From Azolla caroliniana (lineage: Eukaryota > Plantae > Polypodiophyta): DNA of 64,000 nucleotides. The notes under the pieces were generated by a model, which was given only the letters and a program-made list of their open reading frames with translations, had not been told where the DNA came from and ran no database searches. Where the stretch lies: positions 22,506,001-22,570,000 of the forward strand of contig JBHGNT010000002.1 of NCBI GenBank assembly GCA_043228905.1, written 5' to 3'. Position numbers and translations under genes: made by a program. Positions within the stretch are counted from its first letter, which is position 1. Each line of letters opens with the position of its first letter. Of the stretch, positions 12,553-26,153 are shown piece after piece.

Positions 12553-13767
12553 TATCTCTTATGCTGGTATTATCAATACAAACTACGTCAATCCATTTTG
12601 AAGGATATTGTTAGCTCAGTTGATATAATATATGATGGATAAACTGTACTGCCCGAGCAAAAATGAAGGAAAGCATTAAGTTAAGCAAATGAAAATTGAT
12701 TCTTGATGTGTGTTTTTGACTGGTAACACATAAATCAGATGCTAGGTTAAAATGGAATCGCTTCTTAAGTTTGTAGAGACTTTGGGATTTAGGAAAGAAG
12801 AATTTTTTTACAGTGTAGATGAGTCAGAAACATTATGCAGTGTTTCCATATTATAGCTAGATTTTAAATGAAAAGGTTCTTAAAGGAGAGATTGATCTCT
12901 CCCCATCCATATTTATTCAGGGTAATAAAACCGAGGCATTTACAGCAGAAGTAAAATCAACTGTGCACGAGTTGATACTTAAAACTTCAGCCATCTGCCT
13001 ACCATTGTGTGAGAAGCTTATAGCAATGTCCAAAAATATTGTCCTTGATTTTTCTATGCAATGTGTGTGCGCTTGTGTCTCCTTAGAAACCTTATACATT
13101 GAAAATTTCTTTCTATGGAGAGTCTAAATTTGTCTAATTGCTTCCTTGATATATTGAATATTGATCTATCCCTTCCTTGATGGTGAGGGGGCAAACCAAG
13201 TTCCATTCACGATATAATTCATTATCTGTTACTCAAGATTATGTAGACTTGCAAGGCCATATTGTTGCTTATTTGCATAAGATTTCACAAGCCCTGTGCT
13301 ACTTTGATTGGAGTGTGAGCCATTCAATCATATTGTTGGTTACTTCCAATGTGAGATTCCATGGATAGGGCCTAATTATGGTTAGACAATCAATGCCTAC
13401 ATATTTAAAGAGAATGAAAATATGAAACCTTCTCCTTTGTAAATGAGGCATGGTTTTCTTGGGTTGAATATAATATATTTGATTTCTCCAAATTCATGTG
13501 TATGCCAATATCTTTATGAAAGTCCTCAACAATGTGAGGTAAGGTAAGTGTTGACGTTTGGTTAGAGGCGCATCGTTGTCCACATAGGGTCATCAAATAT
13601 TTGTTTCCGAGAACAATCAAAACTATTTGGTGTACTTAGCGTCCATAGCAATTGTTCATAAGGCCAAGCTACTCAAATTTTGTATTCATTAGGTATCACC
13701 TAGTTTTGCCATATATTCTTTGAGTTTGTCCTATTATGATTCAAACACTAATGAGGTGGTCTATTAT

Positions 13768-16700
13768 TAACAATTGGCAACAGTTTGGTTTGAACCGAAC
13801 CCAACCATGAAACCGTGGCTTAACGGTTTAAATGGTTCAGTTCGGTTTCAACAGTTAGAAATCGCAATTTAAACAGTTTTAACTATTTATTTATTTATTA
13901 TTTATTTTAAATTTTAAAAAAATTGTTTTTAAACAATCCTTTCATTTTCAGGCCTTTTTTTTCCAAAAAAACACTCCTTCCATTAGTTATAAAATTTTAC
14001 AAATGAGACGATTATGTACAAATCCTTGAAGGGACGCGATAGTTCCATCTTATGTGGATGCCTACTGACTCAAGAAAGTGAGAGGACGACCATTGTTGGA
14101 TCAAGGCTATTCGTTGTCTTTCAACTCCCTCGGAGCCGCCCTTAAGGCCATCATATTGGCTCTTTAGAGTGGCTACAATTTCACTCCATATCTCTTGCAG
14201 TAACCTTGTTGGATGTGCGGTTTGGTTGGAGAAGACTCGCCTACATCGTTGTTTCCATAGAATCCAAAGGGTTATTGGGCTGACCAATTCCAACACCTCT
14301 TGAGATTTGTCATTAAGAGGAATGGAGTGGACATTGCCACTGGAGGAGAAAAGGACCTCTTGTGCTTTTATCACCAAAGTCATCCCCTCCTCCTGATTCT
14401 CGTATCTGCCAATTGCAGCCTGTCGTGATAGCCAACATATATTTCCCCACTTGATTGAGCCTTGCACTTGGCATAATTGCAACAAGCGGCCAACCCCTCG
14501 CCATATTCGATGGGATGTTGGGTAGTCCCATAGAGCGTGTTGTATGGATTCTACTGCTCGTGGGCACTCTACACAATTAGGAGAGCTAAGGTTCCCACGT
14601 TGCCATGTTCCCATTGGTAGGGACTTATGTATTAATAGCCATTGGAAAGTGGTAATTCGTCTTGCGTGTTGTTGTTTCCAGATTTTCTGCCAAAACTTGG
14701 TGATTATTGCGGAAGGAACTTAAAATGTGTGCCAGACCTTCGCAACAGCTGGTTCTCGGGCGGCTTGAGTAGCTAGAATGTGTCGACCCAATCTAGTTGT
14801 GAATTGGAAGAAAGGGATGGGTTTGCTTCCTTTCCCCGCGTCGGGATCACGCCATGTCTATTGCAAAGGGTCCCAACTGACCTTACGTAGCCATATGTTT
14901 TCATGAGTACATATATGCGAATCGGGTTGTAGTTTGATCGGATCAGGATCTACAATCCATTTATGACCAGTATACGCGAGTACTCGAATTGCGTTATTCT
15001 GTGTTGGTGTCTCAGTGTCTCGCAATTCAGAGCCGTCAAGTTTGTCTGGTGGTCCCCTACCTATCAGGATCAGAGATCCCTCCTCCTTGTGGCCTATCCA
15101 TTTCTCCATTGTCGTCCTTTGAGTAACAGATTCCCTAATCAGTAGAGCGTTGATGATTTCCGATCTCATAGTCCATCCGCCCATGATTCCATGGAGTATG
15201 TTCGCCTGATCTTGTAGTGGCATTGACATAAACCGTCGCCAACATTCTATACTTTTTCCTGGACCTTCTGCAATGTATCCCCATGACAACCCCGTACGTG
15301 ATCCCAGTAGTTGATTAGATTCATCCTTGAGGCATGGGTTCCATAGGATACGTTGACTAAGCCAAGCAGGTTCGGATCTCGGTTGATCACACTTGACCCC
15401 TCGACGAATGTCACACCATGCCTTCCACATGGATGCACTGAATCTATCCTCCAATTGACAGGAGAAACTAGGTTTGAGATCCATGTTTAGAATCCATCCC
15501 ATTTAGGGGGCCCACTTGACCCCTTTTCGTGGCCTAAAGTAAGCGAAACGTAACCTCAGTAGCATTTTCCAACAATCATTTCCTGGTTGGAGTCCTCGCA
15601 CCACAAATTTGGCAAGTAAGGCTTTCGATTGTGAAAGGGGATCAATAAGACCTAATCCCCCTCTCGACTTAGGCGCTATGAGTATAGGCCACGCCACCTT
15701 GGCGCGAGCTAAATGGTCTTCCTTACTAGACCAAATGTAGTTGCGGACCAATCGTTGAATCTAATGTATACTTTCCTTGGAGATTGTCCAGCATGATAGA
15801 CTCTATCATGCTGTTGCGAGTGGTACCTGATTTGCCACTATGATGCGACCCGCTAGCGACAATTTTTTCGAGCTCCAATGTATCAACTTATGTCTAATGG
15901 AAAGGATAACAAGTGCAATCATAGTCTCCGGCGGTATGTTGAAACCAATTTGGAAACCCAAATATTTGGTGCTCACTCCTTGATTGATCCATTTGAAAGC
16001 GGGGTGTGGGTGCCACGCCGGATATGTTTCCTGAGAGAGCCATATTGCGTAGGGTTTGTGCCAATTGATCATGGCGTTGGATCTCTTGCAAAATACAGCT
16101 AGCCCACTTTCTAGCTTTTGGAGGTTTTCCAAGTCCCCTTGCAGGTAGACTATTGTGTCATTTGCAAATTCTATATCCAAGATGCTTTGGTGAGAATGAG
16201 GTACGAGAAGACCACGTAGGTTGAGATGCAGCGAGTTGAGAAAGCAAGAGAGTGCTTCAGCGTATAATAGAAATAAGGATGGAGCTAGTGGGCATCCCTA
16301 TCGTACAGATCAGGATATTCGGAAAAAGGGGCCCCTTTCACCGGCCAGCGAAACGCAATTGTTGCCATTCCTATAAAATCATGCAATGCCTTTGATCCAT
16401 GTCTCTTGAAAGCCGAGTTTCCTCATCACACTTTCTAGAAAGTTCCAGCATACCCTGTCATATGCTTTCTCAAAATCTAGTAGCACCACCACTACCTTGT
16501 TGTTGGTACACTTGGCAAGGGCTACTGCTTCCTAGAATGAGAAGAGGTTGTCTAGGATGCTCCAATTTCTAACGAAACCTGTCTGGGACGGATGAATGAG
16601 TTGAGGGAGAAGTGGAGTTAAACGACGTGCCACGATTTTTGCGAGCAACTTATAGACAATATTGAGAAGAGTAATGGGCCACCACTTGCTAATGTCGTTG

Positions 16701-17433
16701 GCATTCCCCCCACTTTTAGGAATTAGATGTATCATCCCCTGTCCAAATTCCTCCGGCATGCTTCTAGAGGTGATGATCTCCTCATATGCCTGGAGGAGGT
16801 CTTCTTTAATAGTGCCCCAAAGGCATGTGAAAAAGTGCGGGGTGAGACCGTCGATTCCGGGGTAGCTATCGGCATCTAAATCAGTGAGGGCCTCCCATAT
16901 CTCGATGATTGAGAGGGGACGCACGAGCCAGGTATTCATTTCCGGCGTGACTTTCTCGGGTATGCTTTGGAGGATAATATCTTCTCTTATGTCTTCCCCT
17001 ATAGCTATAATGTCTTCGGTAAGTAGGCGGCTATAATACCTTGTGGCAATTTTCCTCATTTCGTCGCCATCCTCAGTGGTCGTTCCATCCTCTCAGTTGA
17101 GGCTGCGCATCACAGTTCTAGCGTGCCTTGGGCCTTTGGAGCGGAAGAATGCCTTTGTGGTTTTGTCCCCTACTCGAATCCATTGTGCCATGATTCATTT
17201 TCAGGCCTTATTATCACATTTTAGGAAAATCTTTGAAAATTTAAAATAATGCAATATTTTGAATTTGGACCTGAGTTGAAAACCGAAATTGAACCACGAA
17301 ATGACGATTTTAACGGTTCGAAATTTTTTTAACGGTTCAGTTTAATGGTTTCATGGTTCAGTTCAGGTTTTTTAAAATGTAAATGATTCGGTAGTGACCC
17401 TCTCAAACCAAACCGAACAGTTACTGATTGTTA
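13768..17433. mobile_element. Non-autonomous hAT-type element (about 0.4 kb) split by a LINE insertion
   Basis: Imperfect TIRs TAACAATTGGCAACAGTTTGGTTTG ... CAAACCGAACAGTTACTGATTGTTA. Identical 8-bp TSD TCTATTAT at 13760-13767 and 17434-17441. AACCG/CGGTT subterminal motifs. Confidence 0.85.
13957..17193 (-). mobile_element. 5'-truncated, decayed L1-clade LINE (ORF2: RT plus C-terminal zinc finger)
   Basis: ORF pieces with PGIDG, WWPITLLNIVYKLLAK, QTGFV, LLDFEKAYDRV, GCPLAP, FANDT, KYLG, GGLGL and C..C....ES..H. A-rich tail near 13957. TSD TTCATTTTCAGGCCTT at 13941-13956 and 17194-17209. Several in-frame stops. Confidence 0.93.
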
Positions 17434-17783
17434 TCTATTATGGAGTGTTTTGGATTGAAATCGACTTGTCCAATGACTCTTTTATGTTTATGTTTTCCAT
17501 AATTGTACGAATATACAATATTGTGAAGTGTAGGAATCTCATTATTTTTTGCAGTGTGATTAGGTTATGATCCAATATTCTTATTATTCTGTGGGATAAT
17601 TCTATAGTTGTTTAACACATCCTTTGGTGGAAGACTCCATACATTAGACGAGTTATGCGTTTATGTGATGTCTATACGCCCAATTTCCACTAACTGGACA
17701 AATTAGGCCTTCCCTCTCACATACTAAGGTTATAGTGTTTGTTAGGCACAGATCTAGGGGAGGGGGGAGGGGGGGGACAGATA

Positions 17784-18025
17784 TAGAACTAAGAGTTAGC
17801 TTCATGTTATTTTAATGCAAATGTGTAGCAATGGGCATGGTTTCGGCTCAAACTGAACTGTTAAGCCATGGCTTAACAATTTATTGGTTCAAAGATAAAT
17901 AAACCGTTAGAACTAAGAGTTAGCTTCATGTTTTTTTAATGCAAATGTGTCGCAATGGGCATGGTTTCGGTTCAAACCGAACCGTTAAGCTTAACAGTTC
18001 ATTGGTTCAAAGATAAATAAAACGT
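17784..18025. repeat. Tandem duplication of about 124 bp spanning the left MITE junction
   Basis: TAGAACTAAGAGTTAGCTTCATG...GCAATGGGCATGGTTTCGG...AAAGATAAATAAA begins at 17784 and again at 17908. Confidence 0.9.
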
Positions 18026-18346
18026 TTGGTTTCGGTTCGGTTCGGTTTTGAATTTCATGGTTTAGCAGTTTAACGGCTTATTGCTTTATCGGTTTCAGTT
18101 TGGTTTTGAATGTCAAGGTTTAGCGGTTTCGGCTTATATGGTTTGGTTTTAAGGTTTTAAGGTTTAACAATTTTGAAGGTTTTAAGGTTTATAGGTTTGG
18201 TTTGGTTTTGATTTATGATAAACCGATTTGGTTTAAATGGCTTCATAAAATTTAAACAGTTTGGTTTGGTTTTCAATATAAATAAATGGTTTGGTTTTAA
18301 GGCCAAGAAACCGAACCGAACCGAAACCAAACCGCGCCCATTGCTA
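17826..18346. mobile_element. hAT-type MITE
   Basis: TIRs TAGCAATGGGCATGGTTT ... AAACCGCGCCCATTGCTA. 8-bp TSD CAAATGTG at 17818-17825 and 18347-18354. Dense GGTTT/AACCG subterminal repeats. Confidence 0.88.
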
Positions 18347-19399
18347 CAAATGTGATCAAACAAGGAGTTTGTATTGTGGGTTTTCATCATTTCAATGGTT
18401 TTTATTTTATATAATTTACTTTTAGAGTATGAGTTAGAAAGGAAATAAATTCATGTAGTTCTTCCTTTCTAAGGGAATCCAGTTGAATGGATGCCAAACA
18501 AGGAGGGGAGAAATTCTAGCTACAAGATTCAAATCTAACTTGTTTTTATCTCATTAACATGTGCAAACTTCATTGGAATAAAATGTTATTGAGTGTTCAA
18601 TCAACAACTAGTTTCCATTTTAGTTTCTCGAGTAATTTGATCTTGGTAAAGTTCTCTTGTAAGCCATGATTATATAAGAATAGACATGTGATGTGTTGGA
18701 TCATAGATAGAGACAACGAATCGATGATAAAGCTAATACTTGTGCCAACATATCAGGTTGTGTTTGACTACCTTAGGTATTGGGGGATATGGTTTAATTG
18801 GACAATGAGTGATGGGTTCTTTGTTTGATGGACTTCTTGGGGTAACACAACAACTCGTAGGATGAAAGGGGAGTTGATTTGGCAAACTATGTTGTATGGG
18901 GACATTGTCTCAAGATGAGGTAGAGTTATTTCATCTGGCATTACAACACTTGCGAGGGTTTACCTTGCCATATTGCTACTAACGAAGAAGTGGGGATGCC
19001 AAGGGTTGTATTATCATCTTGTTTTAGTAACAAACATACATTTATAGAAAAAAAAGAGAGACAATGAATCGAGGGCATAATTGTGCCATAACGTCATCTT
19101 TCACGACATAGAATCGAATTATTGAGAAGTTGGAGGTCAACCATGTCCTAAAAAAAAGGTCGATATATGAAAGATATTTAATAGAGCAACTTGCATTTTA
19201 AGGTCACACTAACCGTAGATAATGTAGGAGAACAAATATCAAAAGACCATATGCTAGCATGACTTCGTTCATTTAAAAATTAGCTATTTTGTTCAAAGTT
19301 ATTACGTCTGAAACAATAAACAATTGATGATTCCTAGAGTTTCATAATTCTTCTTGTTCTTGAATGGTGTAAAACCTTGGGGGTTGATATTTGAACAAC

Positions 19400-22300
19400 A
19401 TTATAACAATCCTTGTTGCATCATTCAAGCAATATTTTGAAACACTTGATGAATCTTACATTTGAATAGGCGGAGAAGCTTATCGCCTTGTCATTAAAAT
19501 TGTCATTGACAAAGTTATTTGTCTCAAAAGTTGGTAGATTTAAACATTTTGAAATGAGCTCACATGCTACTTTACATCTCCGAGGCTGAAAATACCCCCT
19601 TAATATTGGATTCGTTGTTATCATGTTACTAGGGTTTTGCGAGGTATCTTTTTATGATTGCAAATCGTCTCTTTTAGTTTTCACAAGTGGGTAATATATT
19701 ATATTGTTGGGGATTGTGTGAATGGGATCAACTTTTACTATAACATTGACTGGTTTTACATGCCTCGTTCAATATTCAAACGAGTATTACAGAATTAGTG
19801 AAGTTTAGCATGAATTGTAGTGCGTAAATATTTATGAACCCTTTAACTTTCTATAAGTAGCCTCGCGTATGACATTTCTTTATGAATAACTTAGTTTGGT
19901 CCAACCAACCCCTAGTTCAAACTAGTAGATTTTACATTTTACGGTACAATAATAGACACATATACACATGTCTGTGAAATCTGAACTTTACAATAATAGA
20001 CACATATACACCTCGTTAATGAGTGTTTCTCGTGTGGACTTTTAAAGATATTTATCACACTCAAATTTCATTCTAACCTCTTACGATTGTAGGTCAGAAT
20101 GGAAGGAAATAATAAATTATCCTTTTTTGTTACCGCATGTTGTTTCTGCAATGCAGTCACATGTTTCGGTTATTCATTGATATGCTCATAAATGTTTCAA
20201 TATAATGCAAAGAGACCAACATGGATGTATGAACTTCTACAATGTTTCTCTAGAACAGACAAACATAAGACATATGTACCGTCTACTTTTGAAAATGCAT
20301 GCATGCATTTGTTTGTGTAAATGTCACATAAGTTATAGGTTTTATTTAGCATAAGATATATACACCGTTTTCTTTTTGGTTGTAACCAGAAATCTCTTTG
20401 TGGTGATATGCGTGTTTTGTGCAATGTTTGACATAGATATGCCCTCCATAATTGGGTCGGTTTGTGTTTTGGTTTTGTTGGTTGTCGAGAATGTGGAAGG
20501 GAAGATGTAATGAAAATACATTGATTTAATTTTTACTTCTAAGGAGTTTCACCTATTAATGTATATATAAAAGGATGTAGATAATAGATGTATGATTCTA
20601 AAGCATGCCATAAACTAGAACCTTGTGTATATGTGTCTTACGATCTCGATATGAGAGAGGTTTTGGTGTATGACTTTTTATGAAAATTGTTCTTTGTTTT
20701 GAAGTTTCGATTAGGTGACTAGAATCCTGCCATTGCAAAACTTCATGCCAAGTTGAACATGTTGACTTATAGCATAAATCATTGCAACAAACATTTAAAA
20801 CTCCTTATGCATCTAAGATGAAATGTGTGAAGAATATTGTGAAAATTTCGGAATTTGCTTGTATCTAATCTTCAAATGTAAGAAACATATTGGGAAAATG
20901 TTCGAAACTTGTTTGCGACTATCATCCAAAGCATAGGAATCAATATAATGAAATATAATGTTTCCTATTGACATCTCAATCTACCACATATTCTAATCCA
21001 ATTTATATGTTGGCAAAAACTATGACTTCCATGTTTATGAAATGGAAAATAGTGGTCTCAAATTCTATGAATGAAGTTTACAAACTATCATTTCTTTTTT
21101 TGCTATTCAAGACCATCTTATGACCGTGTACCATCACCACATAATAATATGCCCATATAAAACACCACAATACTCCATTGTAAATGGCTAAGCTTCCTTC
21201 CCAAGTTAAGCTTTGTCCTTGTAACACCCTCCTTTTCCTCTTTTTAGTAGGTTTTTTTTCAAAATGAAAATCCATCATAAACAATTCAATTGTAAGTAAC
21301 CCTCGTAACATACCTCTTTTCCCCTTTTTAATATACTTTTCTTTTCGAATGATTCTACGGGAAAGAAAAACATGATATCTTAATGAATAAATGACAAATT
21401 GGAGAAGACATTATGAGATCTAAGAACAATTCTGTCCCCATAAATGTTCATTCATGGAACAACATGCAAAGCATAATGGTCAATACATAATGACACCAAG
21501 GTGTGGTGTTGATTATGTGGGTGACACATATGACGAATGATAGAACTTGGATTCACCTAACTTGTATTGGACACACTCATATTCGTTTTCCTTCTTGCAA
21601 CCCATGAATGAAATGTTCATATCAAAGCTTGTAGATTAGTATTATCGTAGGTAGTTGTGTCCTTTTGCTATTATTTAGAAATAACTATATTAGTGGTCAA
21701 TTGAATTAGAAAAGTTAAAGCATAAGTACACATATGATTTGCATATCTACTTTATCTTGGACATGAAATTATATCACAAAGACCCAAGAGTAAATTATGT
21801 AAAACATATCAACTTCATAACCATATTTCATAATCTTATGATGGACATAAATTATGAATATAATTATTTCTCTTAGTGTGGTGAACGTGTATCTTTTATG
21901 ATAAATATAGTCAGCCGTATGGCTTCTTCCACTTACCTAATATAATATCTCAAAAGTATTTCTCAAGTGGCTCCATTTTAGCATGAGAAAAACCCACAAT
22001 TAATACAAGAAACTTTAATGGTATTTATTTCATAGACAAGGAGGATGCATGTATGTGTATTTCTCTTGACCTTTGGCATATTGTGATTTACATCACGAGT
22101 TGTTACAAGGAGTGTCAAGGAATGAACTTTATTGTGGTTCTTTGTATCTTAGTGAATGTTTTTTCTTGGAACACTTTGGGTATCTCCTTGATTACACAAC
22201 ACTATTTGGAGGCTCAATTTGTTGGCTTTGTTTTGTGAAGTTGATTTCTTATTTAGGTTTGTGCTAGTGTATATACCATGTTACATATAAAACGGAGCAC

Positions 22301-24000
22301 AAAGATAAGGCCAGATTAGGGAGGGATGTTCCAAATTTTTGTTTCACTTCATATTTTTTATCATTGCCCCCTTGAAAGTAAACCATTGGGGTAGGAATAA
22401 ACACACTCACTAAATAAGCTATGTGGTTTATAGCCTCATCCTTGGGCCCCATCCTAATGTTTTTTGGAACCATATGGAAGAATGGATTGCCATTAAAGGA
22501 ATGTTCGTTCTTTTCAAGGCGCTTAGTCGAAGTTCTATCTATAGGAGTATTGCTACAATGTCATAAAATTACCCTTGACACTTGTAGAAGATGTGCACAT
22601 GTACACTTCACATGCTATGTAGTTGTCCACAAACAATCACCGTTTACAATAAATCATACATTAGCACTTACTATGGTTTCCGTCTCGTAAGTTTAAAAGT
22701 TTGTTTATGCAATTTGGTTGGATCCCTTTGGTTCTTCAACCATTCTCTTTTGCATGAATGAGATTTTGAGTTTGGTGTACGTTATGAATATTTCACAAGT
22801 TACAACTAACACCATTATGGTCAACCTATTTCCGACACATCTTGCATTTGGTTTTCCATTTATGAAATTTGACATTGGTTTTATGCATCAAAAGCTATGA
22901 AGAAGCATATTATATATGTTTTCTCTAATTGTTTGTACTTTGTAGCACTATATAGTGACATTGTGTTCTTTTCTTTGCAATATTTCTTTTTTGTCTGTAT
23001 TTTTACCTCACATTGAGGTTTCCCCCAATAATATAATGTACTACAAAAAGTAAATTGTCTTTGTATGTTAGTAAATATGTATGCATTTGGGAGAACTTTA
23101 ATGATTCAATCAATTATTTGATGTCAAACAATACATGACATGGGAATTAGCAAAGTTTGCGAGAAGGGGGTCTTGAAGCTTTTTCCAAAACAAGTGTTAC
23201 ATGAAACTTTAATGAATTGGTGCTCCATCACTCTAATGTTGATTATTTTTAATGGTTATGCATTTACTCATAATGGTTTTGTGTTGTTAATAATGTAAAT
23301 GACAAATTGAGTTGTAGTTTGGATCCCATGCAACACAACTTTATCCCACAAAGACATTTCAAAAAATAATTTTGCAAAAGCTTACATTGTCACTAACAAT
23401 GCAAAATGGACCTCTCACAAAAACATTTATCATGTAGATGAAGTTCAAGAAAGTCATCGATATTGTCCAATGAGATTGCATTGTGTAAAATATGTAAATT
23501 ACACTTCGAACAAAAGTTTGAATACTTGGTGGTAATTGCTCCATTGAGGCAAGGAAGCTTCATATAGTTTGTGTGGAGAATTCATAAATCCTTGATTTCT
23601 TGGCAATCAATCAAGAAAGATTGCTAACTTAGTGCCTTCTTTATATGTAATTGCCTCTCATCTTTGACTAATGTACATGAATAAACTAACGAAGCATGGC
23701 CTCTTCCAAGGTGTAAGACTAGAAAAAACTTTCTTTGGCCAAGTAAATGGGCATGCCTCATTTTTCACACCAAACAATATTGTGATGGGTGCGTACAATG
23801 TTCTTGACTTAGCTACAAAATTAAAGATTGGTTTAAATCAATCTAAGTTGCTCCTTAGACTTGAGCTACCGAGCAATCAATCCATTGAGTAGGAGAAACT
23901 TGTCCTTTCTAACTTTTAGAGTGTTTAACATCTTAGATATCAATTAGCATGGAATAATTTGACTAAGAGTGAAGAAACTTCGGTGCTCAAAAATATAAAC
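19400..24000 (-). mobile_element. Heavily eroded Ty1/Copia relic(s)
   Basis: Minus-strand motif echoes in Copia order: WH..LG (pre-integrase, ~23750), VRGPF (~23410), EAINHIAYL (~22430), LTWE/YV (RT, ~21200), ILRGY/KAISFS (~19600). No open ORF and no LTRs. Confidence 0.35.
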
Positions 24001-25868
24001 TTAGTTGTAGGACAAGAAACTAGCAACTTGGCCTATGTACATATCACAATAGATGGCATAATTACTCATGCAATGGTGCATGATAAAGATAAGGGTCACT
24101 CACAAAAACTGATCAAGCCCTACACAATCAAGGAAAAAAACTAAGGGTATGTTTCCTAGCATATGATATATCTTGGAATTTCTTTACATTGAATAAGAAT
24201 GGACCTTCGGGAGCTTGTAGGCTCCCAAATATCATAATTAAGAAAGTAAGATAGGCTTTAATATTCTTATAGCTTGTCGTTGTTATGTTGTTTGCATGCT
24301 TGTGGTCTAAACATCCTATGAAATATACATGTATGCCTTACCTAAAGAGTCAAAATACAACTTTACTCATCAACTTTATGTTTCAAAACAATTTTGTAAG
24401 AAATGTGGTCGCAATTAAATTATAATATATAGTTCAAAGAACTGAACAATGCCTTTTTGGTATGTGGAATTTGGCTATCAAGCAAGTAAAACCCAAGAAC
24501 ACCCATCCGTAATTGTCTTGATTGCCTCTTGAAAAAGTGATGAAACATCTCAAGTAGGTAGGAGTGATGATACTCAAGTTATTCTTATGAGATTTGAAAG
24601 CATCTTGTGTGTTCTATTTGTCAATAACCACGAACCAATAACAATCTCATAAGGATATTTGTTCCACTAGGGACCTTGGGGATAACTCTCTTGTCTAAGG
24701 TATGTATAGATTTCAGTTTACAATTGTGATGATTAATCCCCTTTACCAACGTTGGCCTTGCTTTTCACACCTTGAGGCAAAAATAAGCAATATTAAATCT
24801 AAAATATGCTATGCACACAATATGCAAATTTTACTCCTTGAACATCACCATATATACTCAAGATTGCAAACTTAATTGATGATGTTGGTTACTTTTTTGT
24901 GCATTCAAGAATCTTCATTGCCAATTTAACGCTTTTTTGTGACCTTTACATCAGAGAGTCTGTTGATATGGACTGCAATTTTGCACCAACTTGATTTGTC
25001 CCATTGGTACATGACTAAGATGAATGTTGACATAATAAATGAACATTGATTGGAAGGATGAATATTTCCATATTTAAAACATGTCTCTTAGCTACTTCCT
25101 AAAGTTTCCACTCTTAATATTTGAACCATGTACGTTGGGTTCATGAGTATGATGCCAATGGCCAATTAGACTATGTCGTGGGGACAAGAAAATTTCAAAT
25201 TATAACCTATCAAACTTTAATTGCTATAGTCTATTGAATCATCGTGTCCTTGTACGTTGGCTACCTTTCTTCATTGACTTAGGTTATTTCCCTTCCCTTG
25301 ATTGACTTTCCACCTTCCCTTTCTTGAACCATCAATGCTTTCTTTGTGCCAATTCCAGTAGTTGTTTCATTTTATTGAATTCATGTTGTCTGTTTTGGTA
25401 GTGGAATAAGAAAATAAACAAAAAATGTATACCAAAAGTGACTCAAAATTGAATATCAAGAGAGATGACTTTGAAATAAATTAATTTTTATGCTTGGAAA
25501 TTCATTCTTCATGTTGTTTAACTTCTTTCTCAAATAACTTGGTTACACCCCTTGCTTGAGTTATCATTGCGTAGCAACACTGTAATTTTACTTCTTTTAC
25601 TCAAACTCTAGCAATACTTGAGATACTAGAGAAGCACTTCTATTAGACCTCCAAAGAGTCGGTCTATGAATTTGGTTATTATGTTTTGTATTTAGCAATG
25701 TGACCATTCGACAAGTTGACTCTTGAGTCTCCATTATTGTCTTTCTTTGGGTGTCTAAAGTATGTGTCATTCACCTTGAATTTTGGGTACCCTAAGTGTA
25801 TTCATTAGACTTATCAAGGGATTGGTGTGTTATTTGGAGGTAGGATATTCCTACGCCCATTTTCTTTT

Positions 25869-26153
25869 CTTTCCTTTTCATTTTTTTTCCCAAAAACAAA
25901 ACTCCGTCCATGAGTTATAAAATTGTACAACTGAGAATGTTATATACAAATCCTAGAAAGGACTGGATAGTTCCATGTTATGTGGAGGCCCACTAACTCG
26001 AGAAAGGGAGAGGACGGCCATTGTTGAATAAAGGCTAATCGTTGTCTTTCGGCTCCATTGGATCCACCTATGATGCCATTGTATTGGCTCACTAGTGTGG
26101 CTACATCTTCACTCCATATTTCTTGCAACCTCACTTGGTGCACGGTTTGATTG
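25869..26153 (-). mobile_element. Short 3' fragment of the same L1 LINE family
   Basis: LQEIWSE.VATL.SQY.G..GGS.G.ERQR.A.IQQW...ITWNY matches the end of ORF2 at 14012-14230, and the 3' UTR and tail are similar. Degenerate TSD TACGCCCATTTTCTTTT (25852) / TATGCCTGTTTTCTTTT (26154). Confidence 0.85.
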
